A stretch of 64,000 nt of DNA from an uncultured virus (IMG/VR IMGVR_UViG_3300020325_000007) (lineage: Duplodnaviria; Heunggongvirae; Uroviricota; Caudoviricetes). Positions 43,042-53,205 of the stretch are shown in pieces (position 1 is the first letter of the stretch; every line of letters begins with the position of its first letter). Location: the IMG/VR virus record IMGVR_UViG_3300020325_000007. One strand, written 5' to 3'. Position numbers and translations under genes: made by a program. The notes below the pieces were generated by a model. The model was not told the origin of the DNA, made no database searches, and saw only the letters and a list, made by a program, of their open reading frames with translations.

Positions 43042-45456
43042 ATGGCAGAAAGAATTGTTAGTCCAGGCGTATTCACAAGAGAGAAAGACCTCTCGTTTTT
43101 ACCTCAAGGTATAGGTGAAATAGGTGCAGCGTTAGTAGGACAAAGTATTAAAGGTCCTGCATTCGTACCAACGAAGGTGGAATCATTTCAAGAATTTCAA
43201 CAAGTATTTGGTGGTTTAACTGAAGAATCATACTTACCATATACAGCACAATCTTATTTAGAAGAGGCAGGAACTGCAACAATCGTAAGAGTTTTAGGTT
43301 CAAGTGGATATACAGTAGAAACACTAAACTTAATTGTATCATCTTCAGCAGGTCAAAAAGTAGCAGCGGTATTACACCCAACTACTAAAGTACTACACGC
43401 AGATAATGCAAACTCAATTAACTCACTCGACAACTCAGTAGTAGTTAATCTTAACGAGTCAGCAGCAGCAGGTGGAACAGCAGCATCAGCATCTATCTTC
43501 GCACTACATTTAAGTGCAAGTGGGGCAATACCTGTGTTATCAGCATCAGCACAGTTAGCAGTACCAACAGGTTCGATGAATCCAACAGCTAACAATTATA
43601 TAGTAAATACCTTCGGTTACTCTCCTAAAAACGATGGTCAATACGCATACGTCTACCAAGAATTTAGTACATTCGCATCACAATCATTCGCAACGGGTGA
43701 AACTGTGACTGTATCAGTAAATACTTCAAGTGTAGATTATACAAAAGCATATTCTCACGCAACAACACCTTATATTATATCACAAGATGTATCAGGTGTT
43801 ACTAAAAACCTATTTAGATTCCATACGTTATCACACGGTAACCCAACAAACTATGAATTTAAAATAGGTATTAGAGATATCAAACCAGCATCAGAGGTGC
43901 CTGGTTCTGAATACGGTACTTTTACGGTATTAGTAAGAAGAGTAGATACTTCTAAGATTCCTAACTCTGTATTTGGTCAAACTGTACAAGACAGTGATAC
44001 AAGACCAAGTATCATAGAAGAGTTCTCAGGTGTAAACTTAGACCCTAACTCACCAAACTATATCAAGAGAGTTATCGGTGATAAAGATATTCAAATAGAC
44101 GCAAATGGAAAAGTAATCTTAAACGGTGACTATCCAAACGCATCTAAACATATTAGAGTAGAGGTTGACAGTGATGTAGATTCAGGTGCAAACAATTCAA
44201 CTCTTGTACCATTTGGATTTGCAAAACTAACATCACCACTACCAAGTGGAGTAACTCTACCAGCACCATCATATAATGTATCACAATCGATAAGTAATGA
44301 ATACAATAAGAGAGCATTCTTAGGATATTCATATGACTTCTCAACTACAGATAACTTAAACTACTTAAGTCCAACTCCTGACTCAGTCACGACTACAGTT
44401 GGTGATAAGTTCTTATTGAGTAACTGTGAATCAAATGGTGCAGCAATCGCATTAAATGATGGATTGATAGATAACAAAAAATTCTTAGTACCATTCCAAG
44501 GTGGATTTGACGGATTCCAACCAAACAGAAAAGTATTTGTTGGTTCTTCAATTGTAGCAGGAAACTCTCAGGGACTTGATATGTCAAGTGCAACTGCAGG
44601 TGGAACTGTAGCATATAGAAAAGCAATAAACGCTTTATCAAATCCTGATGAGTATGATATGAATATGTTAGTGTTGCCAGGTGTTATCAACAGATTACAC
44701 TCTTCAGTAACTACATTCGCAAAGGATATGGTAGAAGATAGACAAGACGCATTCTATTTAATGGACGCGGGAGCATATCAAGATTCAATCGCAACAGTAG
44801 TTAACTCACTAACTTCATTTGACTCAAACTACGTTGGTACTTATCACCCATGGGTTAAAATCCTTGACACTGATAAGAACAAACCAATTTGGGTACCACC
44901 AAGTGTTGTTATCCCTGGCGTTATAGCATTTAATGACGCAGTTGCAGAACCATGGTTCGCACCAGCAGGTCTTAACAGAGGTGGATTACCAAATGTAATC
45001 GAAGTTAAAACAAGATTAACTCACACTGAAAGAGATACGTTATACGAAAATAGAATTAACCCAATCGCAACATTTCCTGGCCAAGGAGCAACGGTATTTG
45101 GACAAAAAACACTCCAAGCAAAACCAAGTGCACTTGACAGAATCAATGTAAGAAGATTGTTAATAGCATTGAAGAAGTTCATCGCATCATCTTCAAGATA
45201 TCTAATTTTCGAAAACAATACGGCAGCGACAAGAAACAGATTCTTAAGTATCGTTAACCCATACTTAGAATCAGTACAACAAAGACAAGGTCTTTTCGCA
45301 TTCCGTGTAATTATGGATGAATCAAACAATACACCTGACGTGATTGATAGAAACATCTTAAAAGGAGAGATTTTTATACAACCAGCGAAAACTGCAGAGT
45401 TCATAGTACTTGATTTCAATGTACTACCAACAGGTGCAGCGTTCCCTGAAGGATAA
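43042..45456 (+). CDS. tail sheath protein (T4 gp18-like)
   Basis: SPGVFTREKD, WFAPAGLNRG, RINPI, DRINVRRL, IQPAKTAEFI. Confidence 0.95.
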   Translation: MAERIVSPGVFTREKDLSFLPQGIGEIGAALVGQSIKGPAFVPTKVESFQEFQQVFGGLTEESYLPYTAQSYLEEAGTATIVRVLGSSGYTVETLNLIVSSSAGQKVAAVLHPTTKVLHADNANSINSLDNSVVVNLNESAAAGGTAASASIFALHLSASGAIPVLSASAQLAVPTGSMNPTANNYIVNTFGYSPKNDGQYAYVYQEFSTFASQSFATGETVTVSVNTSSVDYTKAYSHATTPYIISQDVSGVTKNLFRFHTLSHGNPTNYEFKIGIRDIKPASEVPGSEYGTFTVLVRRVDTSKIPNSVFGQTVQDSDTRPSIIEEFSGVNLDPNSPNYIKRVIGDKDIQIDANGKVILNGDYPNASKHIRVEVDSDVDSGANNSTLVPFGFAKLTSPLPSGVTLPAPSYNVSQSISNEYNKRAFLGYSYDFSTTDNLNYLSPTPDSVTTTVGDKFLLSNCESNGAAIALNDGLIDNKKFLVPFQGGFDGFQPNRKVFVGSSIVAGNSQGLDMSSATAGGTVAYRKAINALSNPDEYDMNMLVLPGVINRLHSSVTTFAKDMVEDRQDAFYLMDAGAYQDSIATVVNSLTSFDSNYVGTYHPWVKILDTDKNKPIWVPPSVVIPGVIAFNDAVAEPWFAPAGLNRGGLPNVIEVKTRLTHTERDTLYENRINPIATFPGQGATVFGQKTLQAKPSALDRINVRRLLIALKKFIASSSRYLIFENNTAATRNRFLSIVNPYLESVQQRQGLFAFRVIMDESNNTPDVIDRNILKGEIFIQPAKTAEFIVLDFNVLPTGAAFPEG

Positions 45457-45505
45457 AAAATAAAAAAAAAGACTATTTATTAGAAAGAGATAATAGGAGA
45501 CATAA

Positions 45506-45994
45506 ATGGCACAATTATTAGACCCAACAGAAATTATGTTCACGAACTTTGAACCTAAAATGTCAAATAGGTTCATCATGTACATCGAAGGAATACCTGC
45601 GTACTTAATCAAAACGTCAGCAAGACCTGAGATTCAGAACGGTAAAGTGACAATCGACCACATTAACGTAAGAAGATATGTTAAAGGTCGTTCAGAATGG
45701 CAAGACTTAGCAATCACTCTATATGACCCTGTAGTACCATCAGCGGCACAAGCAGTAATGGAGTGGGTAAGACTACATCATGAATCAGTAACAGGTAGAG
45801 ATGGATACTCTGACTTCTACAAAAAAGACATCACATTTAACAGTTTGGGTCCTGTTGGTGATAAAGTAGAAGAGTGGACATTAAAAGGTGCCTATATTCA
45901 ATCAGCAAACTTCTCAGATATGGACTATACAGGAGAAGACTTAGCGACAGTAGAAATGACACTTACATACGATTACGCAATTTTACAATACTAA
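45506..45994 (+). CDS. tail tube protein (T4 gp19-like)
   Basis: 162 aa after sheath; NRF, WTLKGAY, LTYDY; TATTTATT 45474-81 and AGGAG upstream. Confidence 0.88.
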   Translation: MAQLLDPTEIMFTNFEPKMSNRFIMYIEGIPAYLIKTSARPEIQNGKVTIDHINVRRYVKGRSEWQDLAITLYDPVVPSAAQAVMEWVRLHHESVTGRDGYSDFYKKDITFNSLGPVGDKVEEWTLKGAYIQSANFSDMDYTGEDLATVEMTLTYDYAILQY

Positions 45995-46023
45995 TCATAA
46001 TGTTACTTTAATATTAAAAATTG

Positions 46024-46049
46024 AAACCCACCAACTCGGTGGGTTTTTT
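46024..46049 (+). terminator. intrinsic terminator
   Basis: AAACCCACC-AACTC-GGTGGGTTT plus T run. Confidence 0.85.
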
Positions 46050-46111
46050 ACTTTTAGTTATATACTTATTAGTGTATACAAAGTAATGGTTAACCAATAT
46101 AGGAGTTTAAA

Positions 46112-46375
46112 ATGGCATACAATTTAGTAAGACGTAAAGAAGATAACGTTGTAGAATGGTTCGGTCACGGTTATACTTGGGTAGACAAAGATAACGGTGG
46201 TGAAGCAGCAACTCACTTTACTATTTCGGAAGAAACTGAAGAGATGAACTTACCAACTGACGGATGGGATTATATCGGAAGAGATAAAATCACTATGGAT
46301 GACGCAGATGTACCTGAAGATAAAGAAGCAGGAGCAATCTTAAACGGTTCAGACGGAAATTATACTTGGGCATAA
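46112..46375 (+). CDS. small acidic hypothetical protein (monocistronic)
   Basis: 87 aa; TACTTATT 46063-70, AGGAG SD, terminators on both sides. Confidence 0.65.
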   Translation: MAYNLVRRKEDNVVEWFGHGYTWVDKDNGGEAATHFTISEETEEMNLPTDGWDYIGRDKITMDDADVPEDKEAGAILNGSDGNYTWA

Positions 46376-46398
46376 GTTCAAAATCTTCAAAAAACACT

Positions 46399-46424
46399 AA
46401 CCCCCATCTTTTTGGGGGTTTTTT
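46399..46424 (+). terminator. intrinsic terminator
   Basis: AACCCCCA-TCTTTT-TGGGGGTT plus T run. Confidence 0.85.
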
Positions 46425-46496
46425 GTATTAATTAATCTGCTGTTTCATATATATTATAGTACAGTACATTAAAAAAGATATAAAACGAGTTTTATT

Positions 46497-47375
46497 ATGG
46501 CAAATCAAAAATTAACTGACGACTACCCTCTTTCTAACGAAGAGTTGGTAGAAAAAGTCAAAAAGGACCATGAATCACAACAAGTTCGTGATTACAAGTT
46601 CCCCACAGAGATTATAGATTTACCTTCCAATGGTTTAATCTATCCAAAAGATAATCCTCTCTCAACAGGTAAAGTAGAAATGAAATACATGACCGCAAAA
46701 GAGGAAGATATCTTAACTACCCAATCATATATCAAAGACGGAACGGTTTTAGACAGATTGTTTAAATCGTTAATCGTAGGTAATGATAAGGGTCAATCAA
46801 TCAATTATACAGATTTAGTAACAGGTGACAAGAACGCGATTATGATTGCAGCAAGAGTTCTTGGGTATGGAAAAGACTACAAAGTAGAAGTAGAAGACCC
46901 AACATCGCCAGGAACTAAACAAAAAGAAACTATTGATTTAACACAGTTTGAAAACAAACCATATGACGGGTCTAATCAATTAGAACCAAATAAAAATGAG
47001 TTTGAGTTCACTTTACCACAATCAAAGAGAAAAATTACTTTTATGGCTATGACTGAGTCAAAAGAAAGAAAAGTAAAACATCAAGTAGATGGTATTAAGA
47101 AGGCAAATCGTAAGATTAAAGATATGACTTCAAGAGAACTGACTACAAGATTAAAAAATACAATTTTATCAATAGATGGTTCTGATGAACAAAAAGACAT
47201 CAACCATTTTGTGGACAACGAGTTATTTGCAGTAGATTCAAGAGCACTCAGAGCGCATATAGCAAAAGTTATTCCCGATATTGATTTAACATATGAGTTT
47301 ATTTCTGAGGAGAGCGGGGAAGGGAGTGAAATGCAACTGCCTATGGATGTTGGGTTTTTTTGGCCTAACGATTAA
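46497..47375 (+). CDS. baseplate hub/tail assembly chaperone (T4 gp26-like)
   Basis: IDLPS, MTAKEEDIL, ends FFWP; upstream of tape measure. Confidence 0.75.
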   Translation: MANQKLTDDYPLSNEELVEKVKKDHESQQVRDYKFPTEIIDLPSNGLIYPKDNPLSTGKVEMKYMTAKEEDILTTQSYIKDGTVLDRLFKSLIVGNDKGQSINYTDLVTGDKNAIMIAARVLGYGKDYKVEVEDPTSPGTKQKETIDLTQFENKPYDGSNQLEPNKNEFEFTLPQSKRKITFMAMTESKERKVKHQVDGIKKANRKIKDMTSRELTTRLKNTILSIDGSDEQKDINHFVDNELFAVDSRALRAHIAKVIPDIDLTYEFISEESGEGSEMQLPMDVGFFWPND

Positions 47376-47574
47376 CTATAGACAACAGTTACATTCTCAA
47401 ATCTTCGACCTTATATATCATGGAAATGGTGGGTTCAATTTTACCGATGTGTATAATTTTCCTATTTGGGTACGAGAGTTTTATATACAGAAAATAATCG
47501 ACTTCAAACAAGAAGAAAAGAAACATCATGATAAAGAAATGAGGAAAGCAAAAGCAAGAACTCCAAGAAGATAG
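47347..47574 (+). CDS. gp51-like chaperone extension, possibly expressed by frameshift
   Basis: +1 frame FFGLTINYRQQLHSQIF...VYNFPIWVREFYI; overlaps a GGG-T7 run. Confidence 0.6.
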   Translation: MLGFFGLTINYRQQLHSQIFDLIYHGNGGFNFTDVYNFPIWVREFYIQKIIDFKQEEKKHHDKEMRKAKARTPRR

Positions 47575-47577
47575 TAG

Positions 47578-47603
47578 AGACCCAACGTAAATGTTGGGTT
47601 TTT
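47578..47603 (+). terminator. intrinsic terminator
   Basis: ACCCAACG-TAAA-TGTTGGGT plus T run, followed by TATTTATA 47607-14. Confidence 0.75.
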
Positions 47604-47636
47604 ACATATTTATACTATATGAACAGAGGAATTCCT

Positions 47637-47861
47637 ATGAAAACTATTAAAGAATCAGATTTAAAAAAAATATTTGACGCGTATGGTTTAGATGAAGGTA
47701 TCTTTGATATCTTTACAAAAATGAGACTAAAAAAGAATATCAAAGCAATTGATAATGAAATAGACTCAAAAATAGAAAAAGTAAAAAACCCTAAACAACG
47801 AGACGCAATACGACAACTACAAAAAGCTCTTAGAAAAGCACATTCATTGGATGCTATATAA
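47637..47861 (+). CDS. small hypothetical protein
   Basis: Likely start ATG 47637 after AGAGGA. Confidence 0.55.
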   Translation: MKTIKESDLKKIFDAYGLDEGIFDIFTKMRLKKNIKAIDNEIDSKIEKVKNPKQRDAIRQLQKALRKAHSLDAI

Positions 47862-47874
47862 TTAGAGGAGTACA

Positions 47875-50211
47875 ATGGCAGAGTCTAACGAACAAAAAAA
47901 ACAGGCGTATATTGAACAAATAAACCTTGCTGAAAGGTTAAAAGGTATTGTTCAAGAAACGAATATTGAAAGCGACAATGCTTTGAATATCGCCGTTGAT
48001 TTGGAAGAAAAACTGAAAGACCGAATCAAATCTGCAGAAGGTGTTAAAGCGTTAGACGAAGCAATCAGTGAATTATTACTTGAACAGGCAAGAACTAAGT
48101 CTGATATAAATCAAGAAATGATTGATGAACTTACAACTACAAGAGACATTTTAAAACTTGAAGAAGAACGAAAAGACTTAATGGATGGTCTCAACGACAA
48201 ATTAAAAGACGCCGCAGGACTAAATAATGACTTTGTTAAAGGATTTATGCAAGGTGGTGGTATTGGAGTTGGTATTGTCGTAGCAACAAAAGCATTAGAA
48301 CAATTCCAAAAACTAATGGATAGTACAGTAGGTCTTGCTAAAGACTTATATATTGAAACAGGTGCATCTGCAGCAGAATCAGGAAGAATGGCAGGTGAAG
48401 TATTTAAAGCAGGATTTAGTATAGAAGGTCTGTTATACGGATTTGATGGACTTGCCTCAGCAGCAAAAGAATCATCTGAGTATTTTGGAACAACTCGTGG
48501 AATCACATCCGAAATGAATAAAAATGTTGCAGAATTAACAGCACTAACAGGTGACGCAGCATCTTCAGTAAAATTAAACGCAATATTCAATGAAGCATCA
48601 GGTTCAGCAGCAGACATGACTGATGAAATAAGAGCGATAGCAACAAAAGAAGGTGTTAACGCTAATGCCTTATTTAAACAGATGGCAGGTTCGGCAGGAA
48701 TATTAGTTGGAGCATCAGCAGAACAACTAAAGAATCTTGCGAAAGCAACTGCGGAATTACAAAAACAAGGTGTTTCAATGCAAATGATGGAAGAGATTTC
48801 AGGAAACGTATTAAACATAGAAAGTTCTTTACAAGCAGAAATGAAAGCAAGAGCATTGGGTCTTGATGATATGGCAGGTTCTGCAAATGAATTAAGAGCA
48901 GCAGCAATGGAGTTCCAATTCGGAGATGAAGCAACAGGTATGCAAATGATGGGAGACGCACTCGCATCAGCAAATCTTAATATGGAATCGTTTGGTGAGA
49001 TGACTCGAGCAGAAAAAGAAGCATCCGCAGCATTGATGGGTACCACGGTTGATGGTTTATCTGATATGATAATAAAACAGGACCAATTCCAAAAATTAAG
49101 AGAAAAGAATCCTGATTTAAGTATGGAAGAACTAAAAGCCATACAAGAACAACAAGAGGAGATGGAAGCATTTAAACAAAGTGGTATAAGTGCAATGAGT
49201 TCCATCGGAGCAGCGATTGGACCACTTATTGGTCAATTTTTGGTAATGAAAAAGGTTCAGACAGGAAGTATGTTTGGTGGTGGAAAAGGTCCTAATGTAG
49301 GTAAAATGGAAGCACCTGAAACACCTAAAAATATGGACGCTAAAAAATCAAAAGGTATTAAGGGATTCTTAAAAGGACTCAGAGATGGATTACAGTCATT
49401 TGCAAAAGGTGCAGGTAAAACACTATTAGGTGCCGCCGTTTTAGCAGGGGTTGTAGCAATATTAGGTGTTGGATTTAAAGTAGCGATGGAAATATTGGGT
49501 GATGTTGACCCTGTGGGAATGTTAGCATTTTCAGTATCAATAGGGATATTAGGAGCAGCACTCGCTCTGATGGGAGCAATAGGTGGAAACGTAATTATGG
49601 GTGCAGCAGCACTTGCGATTGTAGCAGTCGCGTTGATACCAGCAGCATTCGCATTTAGTTTATTAGAAAATGTAGACATAGGTAAAATGATTGCCTTCTC
49701 TATAATGTTACCTCTACTTGCATTAGCAGCAGCCGGACTTGGATTTATTGCTCCATTTGTCATGGCAGGGGCAGCAGCATTAATGGTATTAGGATTAGCA
49801 ATAATACCAGCAGCAATAGCGTTTGGGATGTTAAGTGACTCAAACATGGAAGGTATAGTTGATAAACTTGCGACATTAGGTCAAGTAGCAGGTCCATTAC
49901 TAATGGTTGGTGCAGGATTAGTTTCAATCGCAGCAGGATTGGCATTGATGGGATATATGGGAATGGGAGCATTACCTATATTAGGAATGATGTTAGCATT
50001 GTCGGCAGCAGCACCCGCTCTACTCGCGATGGGGTCAATGTTTGGACTCGGTGGTGGTGGAGATGATAGTGGTGCAGAAGAAAGTGACCCAATCAACTAC
50101 GATAAATTGGCAACAGCATTAGCAAGTCAACCAATGCAAATAGTTATTGATGGTAAGGTTGTTAGTGAATTTTCAAGAATTCAAAACGTAAGACAAAGTA
50201 AAAAATATTAA
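47875..50211 (+). CDS. tape measure protein
   Basis: 778 aa helical Ala/Gly-rich with hydrophobic C-terminal repeats; position after chaperones. Confidence 0.75.
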   Translation: MAESNEQKKQAYIEQINLAERLKGIVQETNIESDNALNIAVDLEEKLKDRIKSAEGVKALDEAISELLLEQARTKSDINQEMIDELTTTRDILKLEEERKDLMDGLNDKLKDAAGLNNDFVKGFMQGGGIGVGIVVATKALEQFQKLMDSTVGLAKDLYIETGASAAESGRMAGEVFKAGFSIEGLLYGFDGLASAAKESSEYFGTTRGITSEMNKNVAELTALTGDAASSVKLNAIFNEASGSAADMTDEIRAIATKEGVNANALFKQMAGSAGILVGASAEQLKNLAKATAELQKQGVSMQMMEEISGNVLNIESSLQAEMKARALGLDDMAGSANELRAAAMEFQFGDEATGMQMMGDALASANLNMESFGEMTRAEKEASAALMGTTVDGLSDMIIKQDQFQKLREKNPDLSMEELKAIQEQQEEMEAFKQSGISAMSSIGAAIGPLIGQFLVMKKVQTGSMFGGGKGPNVGKMEAPETPKNMDAKKSKGIKGFLKGLRDGLQSFAKGAGKTLLGAAVLAGVVAILGVGFKVAMEILGDVDPVGMLAFSVSIGILGAALALMGAIGGNVIMGAAALAIVAVALIPAAFAFSLLENVDIGKMIAFSIMLPLLALAAAGLGFIAPFVMAGAAALMVLGLAIIPAAIAFGMLSDSNMEGIVDKLATLGQVAGPLLMVGAGLVSIAAGLALMGYMGMGALPILGMMLALSAAAPALLAMGSMFGLGGGGDDSGAEESDPINYDKLATALASQPMQIVIDGKVVSEFSRIQNVRQSKKY

Positions 50212-50221
50212 GGGATAGAGA

Positions 50222-52894
50222 ATGGCACTAAAAGATTTAAAATCTAATTTATCTGACTTTAGAAAACCTAAATCAGAACCATTGACTAAAAAGGAAAGAC
50301 CAAAACCAACGTCTTTCAGTACTACCCCTTTGTCTGATAAGATACAAGATAAAAAAGTACAATCACCAAAACAAACTCCTGAAAAAGTTGGTACAACACC
50401 ATCAGAAGTAAAACAAGGTGATAAATTCAAAGGTGAAACTTCACCAACAGTAGTAAACCAAACTGAAAAGTTTAAAGGTGAGACAGATACTAAACCGATG
50501 AGTTTAGAAGAAAGATTCTTAGGTCAAACAGACCCAACATTAGTAAACCAAACTGAAAAGTTCAAAGGTGAAACTACACCTACTGAAGCAAACCAAACTG
50601 AAAAGTTCAAAGGTGAAACAACTCCTACTGAAGCAAATCAGTCTGAGAAATTTAAAGGTGAAACAACTCCTACTGAAGTAAATCAGTCTGAAAAGTTTAA
50701 AGGTGAAACAACACCATCAGATTTTAAATTTACACAACAGTTCTTAGGTGAAACAACACCGTCTGATTTTAAATTCGTACAACAGTTCTTAGGTGAAACA
50801 ACTCCTAATCTATCGGACAGGTCTTCTAAGTTCTTAGGTGAGACTGAACCTGTAGAATCAGACAGGTCTTCTAAGTTCTTAGGTGAGACAACACCAAATC
50901 CATCAGATAGGTCTTCTAAGTTCTTAGGTGAAACAACTCCTGTAGAATCAGATAGGTCTTCTAAGTTCTTAGGTGAAACAACACCAAAAAACTTTACATT
51001 TAGTGGACAGTTAGAAAATCAAGGACTTGAAGTAGGTCAAAAAGTCAATTTCTTTACAGATGATAAAGCACTTGGATTCTCACCATTTATGACAGGTGTT
51101 GATGATACTAAGTTTGTTGGTATTGACCCACAAAATACTAAATTTGATGGTGCAAGTTCTTTGATTGGTAATATCAATGATACACAATATCCTGTAAGGT
51201 TAGACAACGACTCAGGATTGGGTAAATTCTATACAGATAAAATATTAAAAGAAACATACAATAAATTTAATCTTAAAGAAGACGCATTTAATAGGTCAAC
51301 AATCAAACAACCATTTGATTTAAGAGGTATTCAACGTAAAAAAGGTGAACCTCAAGTAAGTGGTATAGGTTCTACATCTCTTATTAGAGGTGGTGCAGAA
51401 ACATCAGTAGAAAGAGGGTTAACTGACGCAGCCAGATTGAGTCAATTTTTATTAACACCTCGTGGTATCATTTGGGCAGTAAAACAAGTCGGATTACAGA
51501 AGAGTCAAAAATTTGCAACTGAGTGGAAACCTGATAATCTATTAGCAACAGTAGCGGGTTCAGGGACGGGATTACATCCTGAACGAGGTGGTAATTCACT
51601 TATTAATAAACTCTCACATTATGTAACAACAGGTGAAGAACTTACAGATAGTAAATTCGTTAGTTTCAAAGACAAAGATGGATTAAGAGCACTATACGAC
51701 ACGGTAGAAAAAAAATGGGATGGTGCAAATCCTGAACTAAAATTACAGGAATATAATGGTGGATTTGGTTCAGTATATGGTCTTGGATTAACTTCTATTA
51801 CTCGAGTGATGAATACTCGTGTAAAAGGAACAGTTTGGGGAGAGTTTACACAAAAAGGAACTACAAAAACATATACACTTCAAAAGTTTAATCCATTTAA
51901 GAACAAAAATAGTGATATAGCGTTTGAAGAAACATATGGTAAGTCAGTTCCACCAGCAAAATCAACAGATGAAAGAAATAAATTTGGGTTAGCACCTCAA
52001 GCTCTTAAAGAAGAAAATACAAAAAAATTAGATGAAAATCTAACACTTAGCTCTGAAGGGTTCAAAACAGGAACTCAACCTGATATAGCAGACTATTCAA
52101 GAATATCGATGGGAATAATGTCGAAGATATCTAAAGATAGACATAAGAGTCCAACTAAACTAACAGACTTTAGACAAGAACAAGATGTTAAACCTGACAA
52201 AACATGGGGTGATAACAATGATGAGAAGATAGAAACTAAATTTGGATTCCCTGATTCAGGTCAACTAAGACAAAAAGATAATAAAACTCGTTCTCAAAAA
52301 AATCAGTGGGGTGATGGTGTAGAAGCATGGCAGGCAGCGGACCCAATACAAAGTTTAGATATTGGTAGTGTTGATACTGATTTAGTAAATATGATATTCC
52401 AACAAGGAACAGAGGGTAGTAGAATACAATTTAGAGGAACAATATCAGGTTTAGCAGAAAACTTCTCACCAACTTATACTGAAATAAAATATAGTGGTAG
52501 AGCAGAACCTGTATATGTTTATGATACATTTAAAAGAGATATCAGTTTTAACTTTAAAGTTTACCCAACTTCAAGAGCGGAAATGAAACCGATTTGGAAA
52601 AAATTAGAAAGACTATCTACTTATACAATGCCTGATTATCTTGATAATGGTTACACTGCGCCGGGTGAAGATGGTAATAGGGAGTTATTACTAACAATTG
52701 GTTACTTGTATCAACAAACACCAATGATATTAACTGCATTATCTTACACATACTCCGATGACACTCCTTGGGATATAGATTATGGATTACCTATGGGAAT
52801 CGATATTCAGGTTAGTTGTACAATCCTTGGAAACGAATTACACAAATACGATAGTGAAAAAGTATTTTCATTTAGTACAGATATTAGAAGTTAA
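50222..52894 (+). CDS. baseplate/tube-initiator-like protein with N-terminal repeat array
   Basis: C-terminal YSGRAEPVYVY..FKRDISFNFKVY tube-like region; synteny. Confidence 0.55.
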   Translation: MALKDLKSNLSDFRKPKSEPLTKKERPKPTSFSTTPLSDKIQDKKVQSPKQTPEKVGTTPSEVKQGDKFKGETSPTVVNQTEKFKGETDTKPMSLEERFLGQTDPTLVNQTEKFKGETTPTEANQTEKFKGETTPTEANQSEKFKGETTPTEVNQSEKFKGETTPSDFKFTQQFLGETTPSDFKFVQQFLGETTPNLSDRSSKFLGETEPVESDRSSKFLGETTPNPSDRSSKFLGETTPVESDRSSKFLGETTPKNFTFSGQLENQGLEVGQKVNFFTDDKALGFSPFMTGVDDTKFVGIDPQNTKFDGASSLIGNINDTQYPVRLDNDSGLGKFYTDKILKETYNKFNLKEDAFNRSTIKQPFDLRGIQRKKGEPQVSGIGSTSLIRGGAETSVERGLTDAARLSQFLLTPRGIIWAVKQVGLQKSQKFATEWKPDNLLATVAGSGTGLHPERGGNSLINKLSHYVTTGEELTDSKFVSFKDKDGLRALYDTVEKKWDGANPELKLQEYNGGFGSVYGLGLTSITRVMNTRVKGTVWGEFTQKGTTKTYTLQKFNPFKNKNSDIAFEETYGKSVPPAKSTDERNKFGLAPQALKEENTKKLDENLTLSSEGFKTGTQPDIADYSRISMGIMSKISKDRHKSPTKLTDFRQEQDVKPDKTWGDNNDEKIETKFGFPDSGQLRQKDNKTRSQKNQWGDGVEAWQAADPIQSLDIGSVDTDLVNMIFQQGTEGSRIQFRGTISGLAENFSPTYTEIKYSGRAEPVYVYDTFKRDISFNFKVYPTSRAEMKPIWKKLERLSTYTMPDYLDNGYTAPGEDGNRELLLTIGYLYQQTPMILTALSYTYSDDTPWDIDYGLPMGIDIQVSCTILGNELHKYDSEKVFSFSTDIRS
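50423..51007 (+). repeat. 13 x 45-bp coding tandem repeat (xF[KL]GETTP...)
   Basis: 15-aa units counted in the translation. Confidence 0.9.
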
Positions 52895-52896
52895 CT

Positions 52897-53202
52897 ATGA
52901 AAAGATATAGTAAAATAGATATTATTAAAAAAGAAGGTCAAAGACGTTTTACTGAAACGGTAAGATACCCATTAATACCACCAAGTATTGGTGATACATA
53001 TATTGTTGCTATGCAAGGTGATAGACTTGACAACCTTGCGTATGAATATTACAAAGACCCATCACTTTGGTGGATACTTGCAAGGGCTAACAAAATTGGT
53101 TTAGGAACTTTAAATATAGAATCAGGAAAACAAATCAGAATTCCTGAAAATCCACAAACAATCATAGATGAATACAATCGTATAAATAAAAAACAGGAGT
53201 AA
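52897..53202 (+). CDS. LysM-like baseplate/tail protein
   Basis: GDRLDNLAYEYYKDPSLWWILARAN...IRIP. Confidence 0.8.
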   Translation: MKRYSKIDIIKKEGQRRFTETVRYPLIPPSIGDTYIVAMQGDRLDNLAYEYYKDPSLWWILARANKIGLGTLNIESGKQIRIPENPQTIIDEYNRINKKQE

Positions 53203-53205
53203 GTT

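Noticed and set aside
50423..51007. 45-bp periodic array as a CRISPR array
   Set aside because: In-frame coding repeat with synonymous variation, no unique spacers, no cas genes
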